Shown: positions 1-10,779, counted from the first letter of the stretch. The stretch is DNA of 48,229 nt from Candidatus Heimdallarchaeota archaeon (GCA_019057635.1 DXJL01000016.1:1-48229); one strand, 5' to 3'. Numbers and translations are program-made. Notes: a model not told the origin generated them from the sequence alone.

Positions 1-597
1 ATTGCCGAGGAAATCAGAGAATTAGGCCATCTTGCCGATATTGCTCTTCTTCCAGCGGAATATAAACCACTTGATATTGTTCTTAACATGAAGGTTGAAG
101 ATCTCTCATTTCTTAGAACCATTAGTGAGATTCTAGCTAAACATGGAAAAAGGATTTTAAACTCTCAATGGTTGAAAGACCACCATTTTAAAGTCGCAGC
201 TGTTTACAAGGAGACACAACGGATCATAAAAACGTTCTTAGACAGTCAATCCATGATCCCTCGCGTTGTCATCATTGATTCACGAGATATAATACCAGGA
301 AAACTTGCTAAGGAACTTTTTCAACCATTATTTGATCGAGGAGCCACTATCATAGCGCTAATCTACAGAAGATCCATTAGTGAGGCCACAAGAATAAGTT
401 TTCGAGTTACCAAGGCTGAACAGGATAATTATGATGTTTCAATTGTAGCTAAACATTTTGGTGGCGGGGGACATCGTATGGCGGCTGCTTGTACTCCCAA
501 TCCTAAAGATATTCCTAAAAAAGTAATTAATCAACTAAAAACACTCATCTCACCTACCGATACAATAGAATACTTTTCTCTTAAAACCATACTATGA
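1..597 (+). CDS. DHH/DHHA1-family phosphoesterase, 5'-truncated by the window edge
   Basis: The frame is open from base 1 (IAEEIRELGHLAD...). The C-terminus has the DHHA1 motif 'VAKHFGGGGHRMAAA'. Confidence 0.8.
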   Translation: MAEEIRELGHLADIALLPAEYKPLDIVLNMKVEDLSFLRTISEILAKHGKRILNSQWLKDHHFKVAAVYKETQRIIKTFLDSQSMIPRVVIIDSRDIIPGKLAKELFQPLFDRGATIIALIYRRSISEATRISFRVTKAEQDNYDVSIVAKHFGGGGHRMAAACTPNPKDIPKKVINQLKTLISPTDTIEYFSLKTIL

Positions 598-736
598 ATA
601 TTCTGAAAATTTCGTTCCCGCTCAAGAAATTTGTTCATTTTCTGGATACAAATTAATAAATCAATTTCAGAGATTTTTATTGGCTTAGTTGTTTTCGATA
701 AAAACGAATATTAACTACTGTAACAGGTAATTCAAG

Positions 737-1936
737 TTGAAAATTGGCATTTTTACGGATTCATGGGTTCCTAATCTAAACGGTGTTGTCATTTCTATAA
801 TTAATGAAGTTCAATCACTGAGGAAAAGACACGAATTCGTGGTCTTTGCACCAAAGCTTAGACAAAGTATTCCATTCGAAATTGAGGGAGTTCCGATCTA
901 TGAGCTACCAAGTGTCCCATTTCCACCATATCCTGGATACAATGTTGCATTCCCGAGTATTGGCTTATCAAAAATATTACACAAAGAAAAGTTCGATTTC
1001 ATTCACTGTCACTCTCCTTTCTCCCTTGGGTACTTTGCCACATTGACAGCTAAAGCTTTTTGTGATATTCCCCTTCTTAATACGTATCATACCCACCTAG
1101 TTGAATATTCTGCTCATTTATTCGGAGGATTCTATGCTGATAAGATCACAGCAATACTAGAAGAAGCTGTCTGGATGTATATTCGGTGGTTTTACAAAAA
1201 ATCAGATGTTATCGTCACACCATCTAAAACAATTCAATATGATCTTCTGAAGCATGGTGTCAAACCACCTGTTTATTCCCTCCCTAATATGATTTCCAAG
1301 GTATTTTTGACTAATACTAAAGATACCAAAGATGATATTAACCTCCAAAACAAAATTCGTGAGCAATATGGGATTAAACCTTCTTCAAAGATAATAATTT
1401 ATTGTGGACGTGTATCCTATGAGAAAAAGCTTGAAGTATTGTTAGAAGCATATAAAAGTATACAAGATTCATTCCCAGATAGTTTTCTTCTCATTGTTGG
1501 TGATGGGCCCCACCTAAAGACATATCAAAATCTTGCTGTAGAATTAAAATTGAAAAATTATGCTTTCACCGGATTTATCAGCCATACAAAGTTACCAGCA
1601 GTTTATCGAATGGGTAATTTTATGGTAACTCCGAGCGATACTGAAACTCAGGGTCTAACTGTCTTAGAGGCGATGAGTCAACGATTGCCAGTCATCGGTG
1701 TCTCTGGAGGAGGTGTGGTCGATTATATTTTCCATCAAAAGAATGGCTTATTATCTCGACCAGGAGAAGCAAGTGAATTCGCTGCATCTATGAAAACGCT
1801 GCTTGAGGAACCTGACACAACTCAAAAATACGCAAAATCTGCAATTAAAACTGCAAACCAATTTTCTTCTAAAGGTTACACCTCTCTACTCGAAAAAGCG
1901 TTCCGAATAGCCTGCAAACTCCATGCAGAATCATAA
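737..1936 (+). CDS. GT4 glycosyltransferase, monoglucosyl-diacylglycerol synthase-like
   Basis: N-terminal 'MKIGIFTDSWVPNLNGVV', 'HCHSPFSLG', 'TYHT', 'GRVSYEK' and the GT4 motif 'ETQGLTVLEAM'. Confidence 0.88.
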   Translation: MKIGIFTDSWVPNLNGVVISIINEVQSLRKRHEFVVFAPKLRQSIPFEIEGVPIYELPSVPFPPYPGYNVAFPSIGLSKILHKEKFDFIHCHSPFSLGYFATLTAKAFCDIPLLNTYHTHLVEYSAHLFGGFYADKITAILEEAVWMYIRWFYKKSDVIVTPSKTIQYDLLKHGVKPPVYSLPNMISKVFLTNTKDTKDDINLQNKIREQYGIKPSSKIIIYCGRVSYEKKLEVLLEAYKSIQDSFPDSFLLIVGDGPHLKTYQNLAVELKLKNYAFTGFISHTKLPAVYRMGNFMVTPSDTETQGLTVLEAMSQRLPVIGVSGGGVVDYIFHQKNGLLSRPGEASEFAASMKTLLEEPDTTQKYAKSAIKTANQFSSKGYTSLLEKAFRIACKLHAES

Positions 1937-2074
1937 TAGAAGGAGTAACTAGATTTTAACTAATTTTTTCCTTTTTTGTAGGAAAAAGTCTTTGGATATA
2001 CACTTTTATTAGGATTCTATATCAAACTCGTCTTACCAATTATTAGTTTAAACCGAAAGAAAGATGCGATTATT

Positions 2075-2512
2075 ATGGCTTTACAACAAACAGACTTGGG
2101 TGACATTGAAACATTGTTATTACTAATAATAGCGATCGTATTAGTTGCTATAATTCTTTATATCAGTGTTCGCTTAATAGCAGGTAAGAAAGAAACTGAC
2201 TTTGGATATATTATCCGCTTAGTACTCATAGCACTAATTATTGTTATTTTGGTTGCTGTAGTTATAGGAGCAATTGTTGGTAGTGTTGGAGATTTTCCAT
2301 TTATTTCAACTGCAGCATCTCAATTGGTACCTGTACTGGTATATGTCGCAATCGTGTATTTACTCAAATATTTGCTCATTCCGGAGAAAGCTGAACCAAC
2401 TAACTGGCAAGCTTCTATTTGGATTGCGGTTATTACATTATTCCTCATCTATTTGATAAATGCTGTTGCTATTGAGTTAAGTTTTCCTCCCCTTATTGAT
2501 GCGGGGATATAA
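2075..2512 (+). CDS. Small integral membrane protein, about 4 TM helices
   Basis: 145 aa with four long hydrophobic segments; followed by a T-rich tract. Confidence 0.75.
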   Translation: MALQQTDLGDIETLLLLIIAIVLVAIILYISVRLIAGKKETDFGYIIRLVLIALIIVILVAVVIGAIVGSVGDFPFISTAASQLVPVLVYVAIVYLLKYLLIPEKAEPTNWQASIWIAVITLFLIYLINAVAIELSFPPLIDAGI

Positions 2513-2677
2513 CTCCTTTTTTCTCATTTCTTTATCAAAAAATAACAAACCTGGTATCATAGAAAGCTTAATGGAAGAAAATTTTGAATCGATTTCATTA
2601 TAAAAGCTACTTATCATTGCTAAATTAGACACTCACATTAACGACTATCAAGTATTGAACGGATAGGACAAGTTAAA

Positions 2678-3496
2678 ATGCATAGAATCTCACGTTCCAG
2701 CTCTAGATATACAAATAATCCTCTTGGCCTTCTTCGATCTGTAGTAGTGATTTCAGATTGGATCTCATTTGCTGATCAAAATGACGTCATGGCTACTCAA
2801 TGGTCTTACAAGAAACAGTCTATCAAAACGATCAGAAACGCGAGTGTTATATTTATCCCAGTCGATTTCTCTCGTATAATCCAAGATGATCTTTCTTATA
2901 TACTATTGTATGGAGCTGGCATATATTGGACGAATTTTTCAATTACTAGCCCTCAAACCATTACAATTGATCATCGTTTCTTGACGGGTCTTCTGCTTCC
3001 TGAGAACAAATGGCTAGATAATCATTTTAATACCGAACCATTCATCTTTCCTCCAGGTAACGACTTTATCGCCAGTGATCACTTATTAGAATTCCCTTTC
3101 ACTTCATTAGGGGAACAAAATGATATTATGGGGGAACATAAAAGGGCTTTTGGTCGAGGTATTATCTTGGCACAATTAGTTTTTCCTTTTAAGGAACCTC
3201 TATTAATGTTAAGAAAAGCAACAGAAGGGTACAATGAATTTGATTCTCCAGACTCACCTATGCGTGTATTGCTTTCTGAGTTTGATTACAAACAGCGAAG
3301 AAATCAAATAGCACTTGAAAAATCTGACATCGAGTACGAGGTTACTATTCCAGGGATTCAGTCCATTAAAGCCGATCTCCTTGACTTCTTACCTAGCAAA
3401 TGGAGCAATGAAGTTTATGTCAATGGTCTACGAAGAGAAATTGCTAAGATTGCTAAGGATTTTGCTTTTATCGGTGCTCCATTAATTTTGAAATAA
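2678..3496 (+). CDS. Hypothetical protein
   Basis: 272-aa ORF filling the gap between genes; no recognisable motif. Confidence 0.65.
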   Translation: MHRISRSSSRYTNNPLGLLRSVVVISDWISFADQNDVMATQWSYKKQSIKTIRNASVIFIPVDFSRIIQDDLSYILLYGAGIYWTNFSITSPQTITIDHRFLTGLLLPENKWLDNHFNTEPFIFPPGNDFIASDHLLEFPFTSLGEQNDIMGEHKRAFGRGIILAQLVFPFKEPLLMLRKATEGYNEFDSPDSPMRVLLSEFDYKQRRNQIALEKSDIEYEVTIPGIQSIKADLLDFLPSKWSNEVYVNGLRREIAKIAKDFAFIGAPLILK

Positions 3497-3677
3497 TTAT
3501 TCTAGAAATTCTCCAGAAATTAGTGCATCAGGAGAAATTCTTAGTCCTTGTAATTGCTATGGGACTTCACAAAAAGCGGTGGAAACGAAATTCTTAAGTC
3601 GATTCGAAAAAAAGCTTATAAGGAATGTATGACACTAAAATGTGATTTACAACAATCATATTTAGGCCGATCGAAAG

Positions 3678-4013
3678 ATGACAATAGTTTTGACTGAAGA
3701 CCAAACAGAGTTATTACATTACTCTTTGAGAAATTTTTTGATGACCCTACATGATATTGACCGATTCAAGTCAAAAAATTATTATTTAGCAACACCCTTT
3801 AGTAGTGGATACAGATTTTTCGATGTGGAAAATGACTCTCTTCAAAAAACAATTTTAAACGCATTAGAAATTCTCAATGAACAAGAGATTGATAGGATTA
3901 ACGTAGAAAATGATGATGGATTTCCAATATTAACAATATTCTTAGAATCTGGCCCCACAGTCATAATGGAAGATTATGTCTCTGGTAAACCTCTAGCTAA
4001 TATTAAGTTATAA
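3678..4013 (+). CDS. Hypothetical acidic protein
   Basis: 111-aa ORF with ATG start and no overlap with neighbours. Confidence 0.6.
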   Translation: MTIVLTEDQTELLHYSLRNFLMTLHDIDRFKSKNYYLATPFSSGYRFFDVENDSLQKTILNALEILNEQEIDRINVENDDGFPILTIFLESGPTVIMEDYVSGKPLANIKL

Positions 4014-4048
4014 GGAATACTAAATTTTTCGTCAGTATCAAATCTAGG

Positions 4049-4570
4049 TCAAAGATAGGAGAGATCTCTATGGTCGTTCAATTTGAGTTGTAATAAATCG
4101 GTTCCTGCAGAACGAATTTGATCGAACTTTCGGAATCCAATTTCCGTGTAAAACCTCATTGCCGCTTCATTATTCTGCTGTACACCCAATTCAATGGTTT
4201 TTCTTCCATCCTGCTTACACTCATTGATTAAATGGGCCATAATTTGGCTCCCAATTTTACGCCTTTGCCACTCAGGATTTAAAACAATAGCCGTAATCCA
4301 CAAGGAATTTGTTTCTGTATTCATCCAGAGAAAACCAATATTTTGCCTTGTAACTTGAATAAGTAGAACACTATGAGATTCGAGAGTAAGGGCTTCATTG
4401 ATATCTTTAAACCAACTTTCCCAACGAAATCTACCTCTCCATGCTCTGTTGACAATAGCATCCATTTCGGTAAAAAATAGTTCCTTGATAAAATCCATAT
4501 CCTCTAGCGTGGCTTTTTTTAAGAGGATATTTGGATTCTCGGAAATCTGGGTTTCTTCGGAGGTTAACAT
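4049..4570 (-). CDS. GNAT-family N-acetyltransferase
   Basis: Acetyl-CoA binding motif 'VLNPEWQRRKIGSQIM' and 'NEAAMRFYTEIGF'. Confidence 0.88.
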   Translation of the reverse strand: MLTSEETQISENPNILLKKATLEDMDFIKELFFTEMDAIVNRAWRGRFRWESWFKDINEALTLESHSVLLIQVTRQNIGFLWMNTETNSLWITAIVLNPEWQRRKIGSQIMAHLINECKQDGRKTIELGVQQNNEAAMRFYTEIGFRKFDQIRSAGTDLLQLKLNDHRDLSYL

Positions 4571-4710
4571 TTTGGTCAGTCTCTTAGCCAGAGGGATGAT
4601 AATTACTTGAATTCACTAAAGTAATTGTATTTAAAAATTGTAGGCTAATGCATTATTTGGTATGCAAAATAGAGTAAAGGCTCGTTATTCAAGTTTTTGT
4701 ATCAACGGAA

Positions 4711-5754
4711 GTGTTCATTTATCTGATGAAGGTTAATTTTATTCTTGACATGGAAAAAAGCTTAATTGGAAGTGGAGTTTATAATTCTGCTATACGCCTT
4801 GCTAAACAACTTGAATCCTTTGGAATCTATACTGATATTAATGGAAAAAATCCTCGATACGATATCTATCACTTCCATACAGCTCTCCCTCAATCGTTAT
4901 TGAAAGCAAAAATCTTAAACAGACGAACGAATCGAAAATACAAAATCATAATGACAGGCCATACTACAATTGAGGATTTTCGTGATAGCTTTCTATTTTC
5001 TAATCGAATTGATTATGCATTGATTCCATATTTAACGAAATATTACTCCTACGCTGATTATTTAATCGCTGTTAGTGACTATAACAAAACAATATTACAA
5101 CGATATGGATTTGATCCTACAGCTATTCGTGTAATTTCAAATGGTATCGACCTCTCAACAAATCGTAAAAACCCAATAATACGCAAAAATGCCAGGAGAC
5201 ACCTTGGTTTAGGAGAGAATGTATTCCTTATCATCTCAGTAGGGTTATGTATTTATCGCAAAGCACCTGATGTCTTTACACAAACCGCATTACTAACCCC
5301 TAACCATCGATTCATGTGGATTGGTAAGTATCTCCCTTTAGGAACGATTGCTCATTCCCCCTATCTGCGAAACCATTTTCAGAAAGCACGTGTTTCTTCA
5401 AATATTCAATTTACTGGTTATATCTCAAAAAATACATTGGAAGCACTTTGGAATGCAGCCGACATTTTTCTTTACGTGAGTCGGGAAGAAAATCAAGGTA
5501 TTGCACTGCTTGAAAGCATAGCTTATGGGAACATTCCTGTTGTAAGAGATCATCCAGTATTTAACTGGTTAACAGGAGGGGAAGATTGTTTAAAAGGAAG
5601 AACCCCAGAGGAGTTTTCAGCTCATATTAGTAATCTCGCCTCAAACAAATCACTTCAAAAGTCATTAGTGAAACAGGGAACCGTCACATTACGAAAACAT
5701 GATATGCAGAATTCTATTAGCGCTCTTGCTGATTTATATTCTGAATTAGTTTAA
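4711..5754 (+). CDS. GT4 glycosyltransferase, CpoA/diglycosyl-lipid synthase-like; start may be the ATG at 4726
   Basis: 'GSGVYNSA', 'GHTTIEDFRDSFLFSN', 'ISNGID' and the GT4 motif 'EENQGIALLES'. Confidence 0.85.
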   Translation: MFIYLMKVNFILDMEKSLIGSGVYNSAIRLAKQLESFGIYTDINGKNPRYDIYHFHTALPQSLLKAKILNRRTNRKYKIIMTGHTTIEDFRDSFLFSNRIDYALIPYLTKYYSYADYLIAVSDYNKTILQRYGFDPTAIRVISNGIDLSTNRKNPIIRKNARRHLGLGENVFLIISVGLCIYRKAPDVFTQTALLTPNHRFMWIGKYLPLGTIAHSPYLRNHFQKARVSSNIQFTGYISKNTLEALWNAADIFLYVSREENQGIALLESIAYGNIPVVRDHPVFNWLTGGEDCLKGRTPEEFSAHISNLASNKSLQKSLVKQGTVTLRKHDMQNSISALADLYSELV

Positions 5755-5829
5755 GCGATCATCTAGATATTTCTAGGTTTAAAAAAAAGTAAATGAATGA
5801 TGTTGATTAAGATCAACAACAATTCTTGT

Positions 5830-8730
5830 TCAGGATTTGTTGATTCTAAACATTAGACCTACTGCAGCTACTCCTAAAGCAACAAAGATTCCAAATCCAC
5901 CAATACTAAACAGGACATCAAACAAGTTTAGTTGGTTGGATAGCTCATTTTCTCGCTCTAATACTTCAAATTCGATAGAACCGATAGCATCTGAACTACC
6001 CGAAACAAAGATATTAATCAGATAATTCTTTGCTTCCATTGTCTTATCAACAACTAGATCTATATAATACACTCCTTGTTGTTCATAGACAATTAAGTTT
6101 CCTTCTGATACATTGTCTGCTAACGAAGAAATTAGATCTAATCCACCGATTCTTTTCAAAGTCTCAGTAAGTTGAATTGTAAAGTTGATAACCAAATGCT
6201 CCCCTTGTTTTACAGTAGGTAGTGTGCTTGATGTAACAATCTCAAGAGTTCCTTGGATTGAGATGGCTAATTGAGTTATTGCTACTTCTGCGAAACTTGT
6301 TGCATTCTGTGAATAAGCAGTATTCCACCGTATTCGGAATGTATATATTCCACTTTTAATATTCGGATCGATGAAGTCAAACCATATAATTGTATTCCCA
6401 ATATAATGATGATGGAATTCTTGGGTAATATCAATTTCGTTTAATGAGGTGCCAGTTTCATCTAGGAAAAGACGCAGATCCACATCTGTGATGGGAATGT
6501 CAAGAACTGAACTGATATTCCTATTTGTATAGTTCGCTTCTAATGTATTATTAATATTAAGAAACTCTAAAGTAATATTTCCACCGAAATAATCGGTTAA
6601 CCAAAATGATGTTCCAGGTAAGTGTTCCTCGGTTACATTAATTCTAAACTCCACCCTAGGTAATGTAATTGGCACAACAAGTGATAAAAGAGGATCCCCT
6701 ACTCCATCAGGTTTCACATTTGTTCCCATTAAACTAAGTGATAAATTACCTGTGATATTCCCGAAAATTCCCCGATTTGGTATCTGGAAATTTATTCCAA
6801 TTGTTTGTGTATTATTTAGAGGAGAGGTAAAATTACCATTAATTACCGATTCACCTTCAGTATTGTAAGGAATGACACCGAAAACATCCCAATAGATAAT
6901 TTCCTCAGATTTCCAATTGCTTTCCCATAGATAACTTGTAAGAGCGGCAGTTATTTCTAGGTACTCAAGATCATACCATTCTGTGGGTGTTGAATTTGCT
7001 TCCAAATACCCCAAAACAGTAATATTATCTCCAGGGGATATGGCCTCTATTCCTGTCTCTTGTGCAAAATATTCTGTGAATACTGAAACATTATTTACTG
7101 TTTTATTCGTTGAACCACGAAGAAGAAAATAATCTTGAATAACAAAATTCATGGGCTCTTCAACAACGAAAGAAATATTGATTGTTTTCGTTTGAACTTC
7201 TGTTGGAGGTTCTCCTGTGTCTATTTGATGAATTTTGAATACAACGATCCAGGATCCCATGTATACCTGATGGGTAGGTAATTGGATTTTGATTTCAGCT
7301 TGAACATCTGATGCTACACTTATATTTTCTGGAGATTCAATATCAATTTTGTAGGTACTAGATAATTCTTCACGATATCCTTGGTGGAACCATGTCGAAT
7401 TAACAAAACCATCAAATTGATTTTCCACATTAGCAAAGGGTCCAGTATTTCCTTCGAGTTTTGTAACAAGATTAACTGCTATATTATCAATCAGCCAATA
7501 AGAGGTTTTATTATTTGCATACGAATTTGAATCTCTCAAGACAAACCTTAAAGTCTTTGTAGAAGGGGATGGTAAGGTAACAAAGGTTTCAAAAATGTAT
7601 TCTGCAGTGTGCCATTCTTGAGATTCTGTAATTAAAGTTTCATTATTCCACATTCCATCTGCAGCATAGGAAAATTCTAAGGCTGGTGGGGCTTCAGCTA
7701 AGATACAATTATCGAACCACCCTGTATAGTATCCATCTGCATCATCTCCAGTATCTAACCCCCTGAAAGATGCCCTTACTAATGTAGCGTTTTCAGGTAG
7801 TTCCCATTCTAACATAATAGTTACATACCCTTTTTCATCTACTTCATGATTTCTAGAATCCTCTGATATTTTCCAATCAAAAACATCTCCAGAAATATTT
7901 ATTGCTTCTAGACGAAGTTCCCAATAATTAGGATTAGTATTCCCCGTGGCACGAGCTGTAAATGTGAACGAACGTTTATCAGACTGGCCATCAATGGGTA
8001 CAGTTTGGTTTAGAATATATCCGTTGGTCGCATTAATACTGGCATAGTAATCGCCTTGACTCGCGTTTGATGGGTCATTAATTATTGTAACATTACCAAG
8101 ATAACCAGTCCAACTAGTATTGTCTCCAGTTTCAAAACTTGGATTTGTTAAATTGTTTTCTCCCTGAGAATAATAATCAAATGTTACACGATATTTACTG
8201 TTTGGTTTTAGGGCTGAAGCATTATTGTAAATCTCTACAGCATCTAAATCATGATCAGCTATTTCTGTTAAATTTAAATAACCATCTACTGCTGAAACAT
8301 CAAAGAAACCATCATTTTCCCAATCATCTGTAATCCCTGAGTCAAAATTTGGATCAGTAAAGACGTCTTGATAATAGCTTTCGAAATCAAAACTAACCTC
8401 ACTAACTGGGGATTCTAATCGCCATTCAAGCGATCCATTCATTTCATCTGTATCACCTTCGGCTGTCACAGTCACCCAATCCCCAGGAGCGTACGAATCG
8501 GCATCTGTGGTTAAAGTTGTCCGTCCAGAAGTAACTTGAGAGAATGTTTTATAGCTGGGATGATTATTCTTTGATATTAGATTTACATTGCCCTCAGTCA
8601 ATTGAACTTGCTTCGACAAGTCCTGGTCGAAGGAAAAAGAAGTCTGTTGAGTTTGACCATAGATTCCGACAATAAACAGCAAAATTATACATAATGGAAT
8701 GATCTTATTTTGGATTTTCATTGATTTCAC
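5830..8730 (-). CDS. Large secreted, C-terminally membrane-anchored surface glycoprotein with CBM/galactose-binding-like domains
   Basis: N-terminal signal peptide; C-terminal TM helix plus 'RINKS'; 'DVFTDPNFDSG' and 'NLTNPSFETG' CBM-type starts; roughly 30 N-x-S/T sequons. Confidence 0.75.
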   Translation of the reverse strand: MKSMKIQNKIIPLCIILLFIVGIYGQTQQTSFSFDQDLSKQVQLTEGNVNLISKNNHPSYKTFSQVTSGRTTLTTDADSYAPGDWVTVTAEGDTDEMNGSLEWRLESPVSEVSFDFESYYQDVFTDPNFDSGITDDWENDGFFDVSAVDGYLNLTEIADHDLDAVEIYNNASALKPNSKYRVTFDYYSQGENNLTNPSFETGDNTSWTGYLGNVTIINDPSNASQGDYYASINATNGYILNQTVPIDGQSDKRSFTFTARATGNTNPNYWELRLEAINISGDVFDWKISEDSRNHEVDEKGYVTIMLEWELPENATLVRASFRGLDTGDDADGYYTGWFDNCILAEAPPALEFSYAADGMWNNETLITESQEWHTAEYIFETFVTLPSPSTKTLRFVLRDSNSYANNKTSYWLIDNIAVNLVTKLEGNTGPFANVENQFDGFVNSTWFHQGYREELSSTYKIDIESPENISVASDVQAEIKIQLPTHQVYMGSWIVVFKIHQIDTGEPPTEVQTKTINISFVVEEPMNFVIQDYFLLRGSTNKTVNNVSVFTEYFAQETGIEAISPGDNITVLGYLEANSTPTEWYDLEYLEITAALTSYLWESNWKSEEIIYWDVFGVIPYNTEGESVINGNFTSPLNNTQTIGINFQIPNRGIFGNITGNLSLSLMGTNVKPDGVGDPLLSLVVPITLPRVEFRINVTEEHLPGTSFWLTDYFGGNITLEFLNINNTLEANYTNRNISSVLDIPITDVDLRLFLDETGTSLNEIDITQEFHHHYIGNTIIWFDFIDPNIKSGIYTFRIRWNTAYSQNATSFAEVAITQLAISIQGTLEIVTSSTLPTVKQGEHLVINFTIQLTETLKRIGGLDLISSLADNVSEGNLIVYEQQGVYYIDLVVDKTMEAKNYLINIFVSGSSDAIGSIEFEVLERENELSNQLNLFDVLFSIGGFGIFVALGVAAVGLMFRINKS

Positions 8731-8926
8731 AGCAATCGATATTTTTCAAGATATTTCACAAATCTCTGGTAAGACTGGTCTTCCAAGATCTATCTGGAGG
8801 GTTTTAGTAAATGGTTTTTAACTTTACCAATCTCTTAGTTCCAAAACGTGAATACTCGTACCTCGGAAAATTGGATTATATATCAAAAATTTTAAGAAAT
8901 TTCAAATATTAGTTAGGATTGAGATT

Positions 8927-10768
8927 ATGACAGAACCTCTCCTACTCCTTAAACAACGAATCAAAGAGGGGAAACAAGCACTATTCGAAAAAGGATATGT
9001 TGCGGCCATTAAAGCTTTTGAAGAAGCCATTATAATTGGAAAAAACTTTTCTCCCACCTTAGATAATATTGTTGGAATATCATTTGGGAATATCGCCCTT
9101 GCACTAGCTCATCAGGAAAAAAATGATCTTGTTTTAGATTGTGTTCTTCGTGCAGCTGATCATCTATCTATTATTACTGAAAAACCCTTAGTTTATACCT
9201 CTATTCTACTTGGTTTAGGACTGGACTTTCAGAAATTTAACCTCCATGACTGTTCAATAATTTTACTCAAGATAGCTTTAGATATAGCTCGAAAGAATGC
9301 ACCAGAGCAGGATACGAGATTAATTTCTATCATCACCCGACAATTAGCCTTCTCATATAGTGAAATCAGTAATCTATATGCTTCAGCAAAGCTATTTAGA
9401 ATTTCGGGTGATTTAGAAGAACAAGCAACGATAGCAGTTGATTTATATAAAAATGCAGCCTATCTTTATTATAAGGAGGGTGTGAGAGAAGAAGCGCTAG
9501 ATATTCTTGAAACTGCTTTTGATAAAGCGGAAATTATTGGTGATACCGATAATCAGACAGAAATTGCACGTTTTCAAGTAACAATTTCTTACGAAATAAT
9601 GAAAAAATTTGCCTCACATGGATTGTCTCAACGGGCTCTTGCTTACTCAGAAATCTGTATTAATAAATCTCGATACTTGAAAGATAGCATATCAACTACT
9701 AAAATCCTCTATGAGACTGCATTGATACTTCAATTAATAGGTAAGTTCTGGCAACGGAATAATTTATTGAAACAAATTATCAGAGAAGATAAATCTCAAG
9801 AGACGGAACGAATTCGACAACGTGCTATACTGCTCTTAGCAGTACACTTCTTGGAAATTGAGAATTTTAGTGAGGCATATTTTTACTTGGAACAATTTTC
9901 TTTAGAAAAAATAAATGAAATCAATCCTCAATTATCACAAAAGTTAATTGAAGTAGCAAAAAGCCTCGAAAAATCATATCAACGAGGACAGATACAGACT
10001 GATCTTCGATTCTCAAGGAGTGATTTAGATTTACCAGTAGAAAAACTCCTTGAAGACGAGGATGAAATGTTTGTAACCTTTTCCGCACCAGAAAGACCCT
10101 CATCCCTAGAATTAGAGGAATTAGGCGTAAATTTACAAACAACACAAATCACGGAAAAACTTAAACCTCCATCAGTCGAATCTTTACAAGCCCTTTTTGA
10201 TACAGAAACAAGTCCGATACCAGAATCTGTACCGACTTCTGAAGCTAGACAAGAAACGGATAGGACTCAAACTGATAGACCATTGGCAACTGACGAAATT
10301 GGCGTACAACCAACTAGAGAAACCCAAATTGATCAGGTCTTTAGTGCCCACCAAGAGATTTCGAATTCCCACCTACCAAGTTCCAATGATATTCTTGAAT
10401 TGATTCAACCTTCTAATCAATCTGTTATCCATATTACTGATGAACCATTGTTGGAACCAGAAGGTAATATTCGGTATGAGGTAGGCCGCCGATTGCAAAG
10501 AGCAGGATGGTCTGTTCATCTAAATTTTTCAACAGATATTCATCACGGCGCTGAACCAGACATTCTTGCTGAGAAAGGATTAATAAGGAAAAAGAAAAAG
10601 TTAATCTTCTTTGCCGAACATGTTCCCGATGCAGAAATCTGTGCTTTTCTTCTACAATCAAATCCTGAAGCAGGGGAACGAGTAATCTATCTTCTCGAGG
10701 GAAATCCGAGCGAGGCGGATGTTTCCTCACATGTCAAGATCATTAATCGAATTGATCAATTATTCTGA
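8927..10768 (+). CDS. TPR/alpha-SNAP-like solenoid, acidic linker and C-terminal restriction-endonuclease-like domain
   Basis: Helical repeats such as 'ASAKLFRISGDLEE...AVDLYKNAAYLYYKEG'; P/E/T-rich linker; C-terminal 'EVGRRLQRAGWSV...EPDILAEK'. Confidence 0.6.
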   Translation: MTEPLLLLKQRIKEGKQALFEKGYVAAIKAFEEAIIIGKNFSPTLDNIVGISFGNIALALAHQEKNDLVLDCVLRAADHLSIITEKPLVYTSILLGLGLDFQKFNLHDCSIILLKIALDIARKNAPEQDTRLISIITRQLAFSYSEISNLYASAKLFRISGDLEEQATIAVDLYKNAAYLYYKEGVREEALDILETAFDKAEIIGDTDNQTEIARFQVTISYEIMKKFASHGLSQRALAYSEICINKSRYLKDSISTTKILYETALILQLIGKFWQRNNLLKQIIREDKSQETERIRQRAILLLAVHFLEIENFSEAYFYLEQFSLEKINEINPQLSQKLIEVAKSLEKSYQRGQIQTDLRFSRSDLDLPVEKLLEDEDEMFVTFSAPERPSSLELEELGVNLQTTQITEKLKPPSVESLQALFDTETSPIPESVPTSEARQETDRTQTDRPLATDEIGVQPTRETQIDQVFSAHQEISNSHLPSSNDILELIQPSNQSVIHITDEPLLEPEGNIRYEVGRRLQRAGWSVHLNFSTDIHHGAEPDILAEKGLIRKKKKLIFFAEHVPDAEICAFLLQSNPEAGERVIYLLEGNPSEADVSSHVKIINRIDQLF

Positions 10769-10779
10769 AACCGTAAAAA

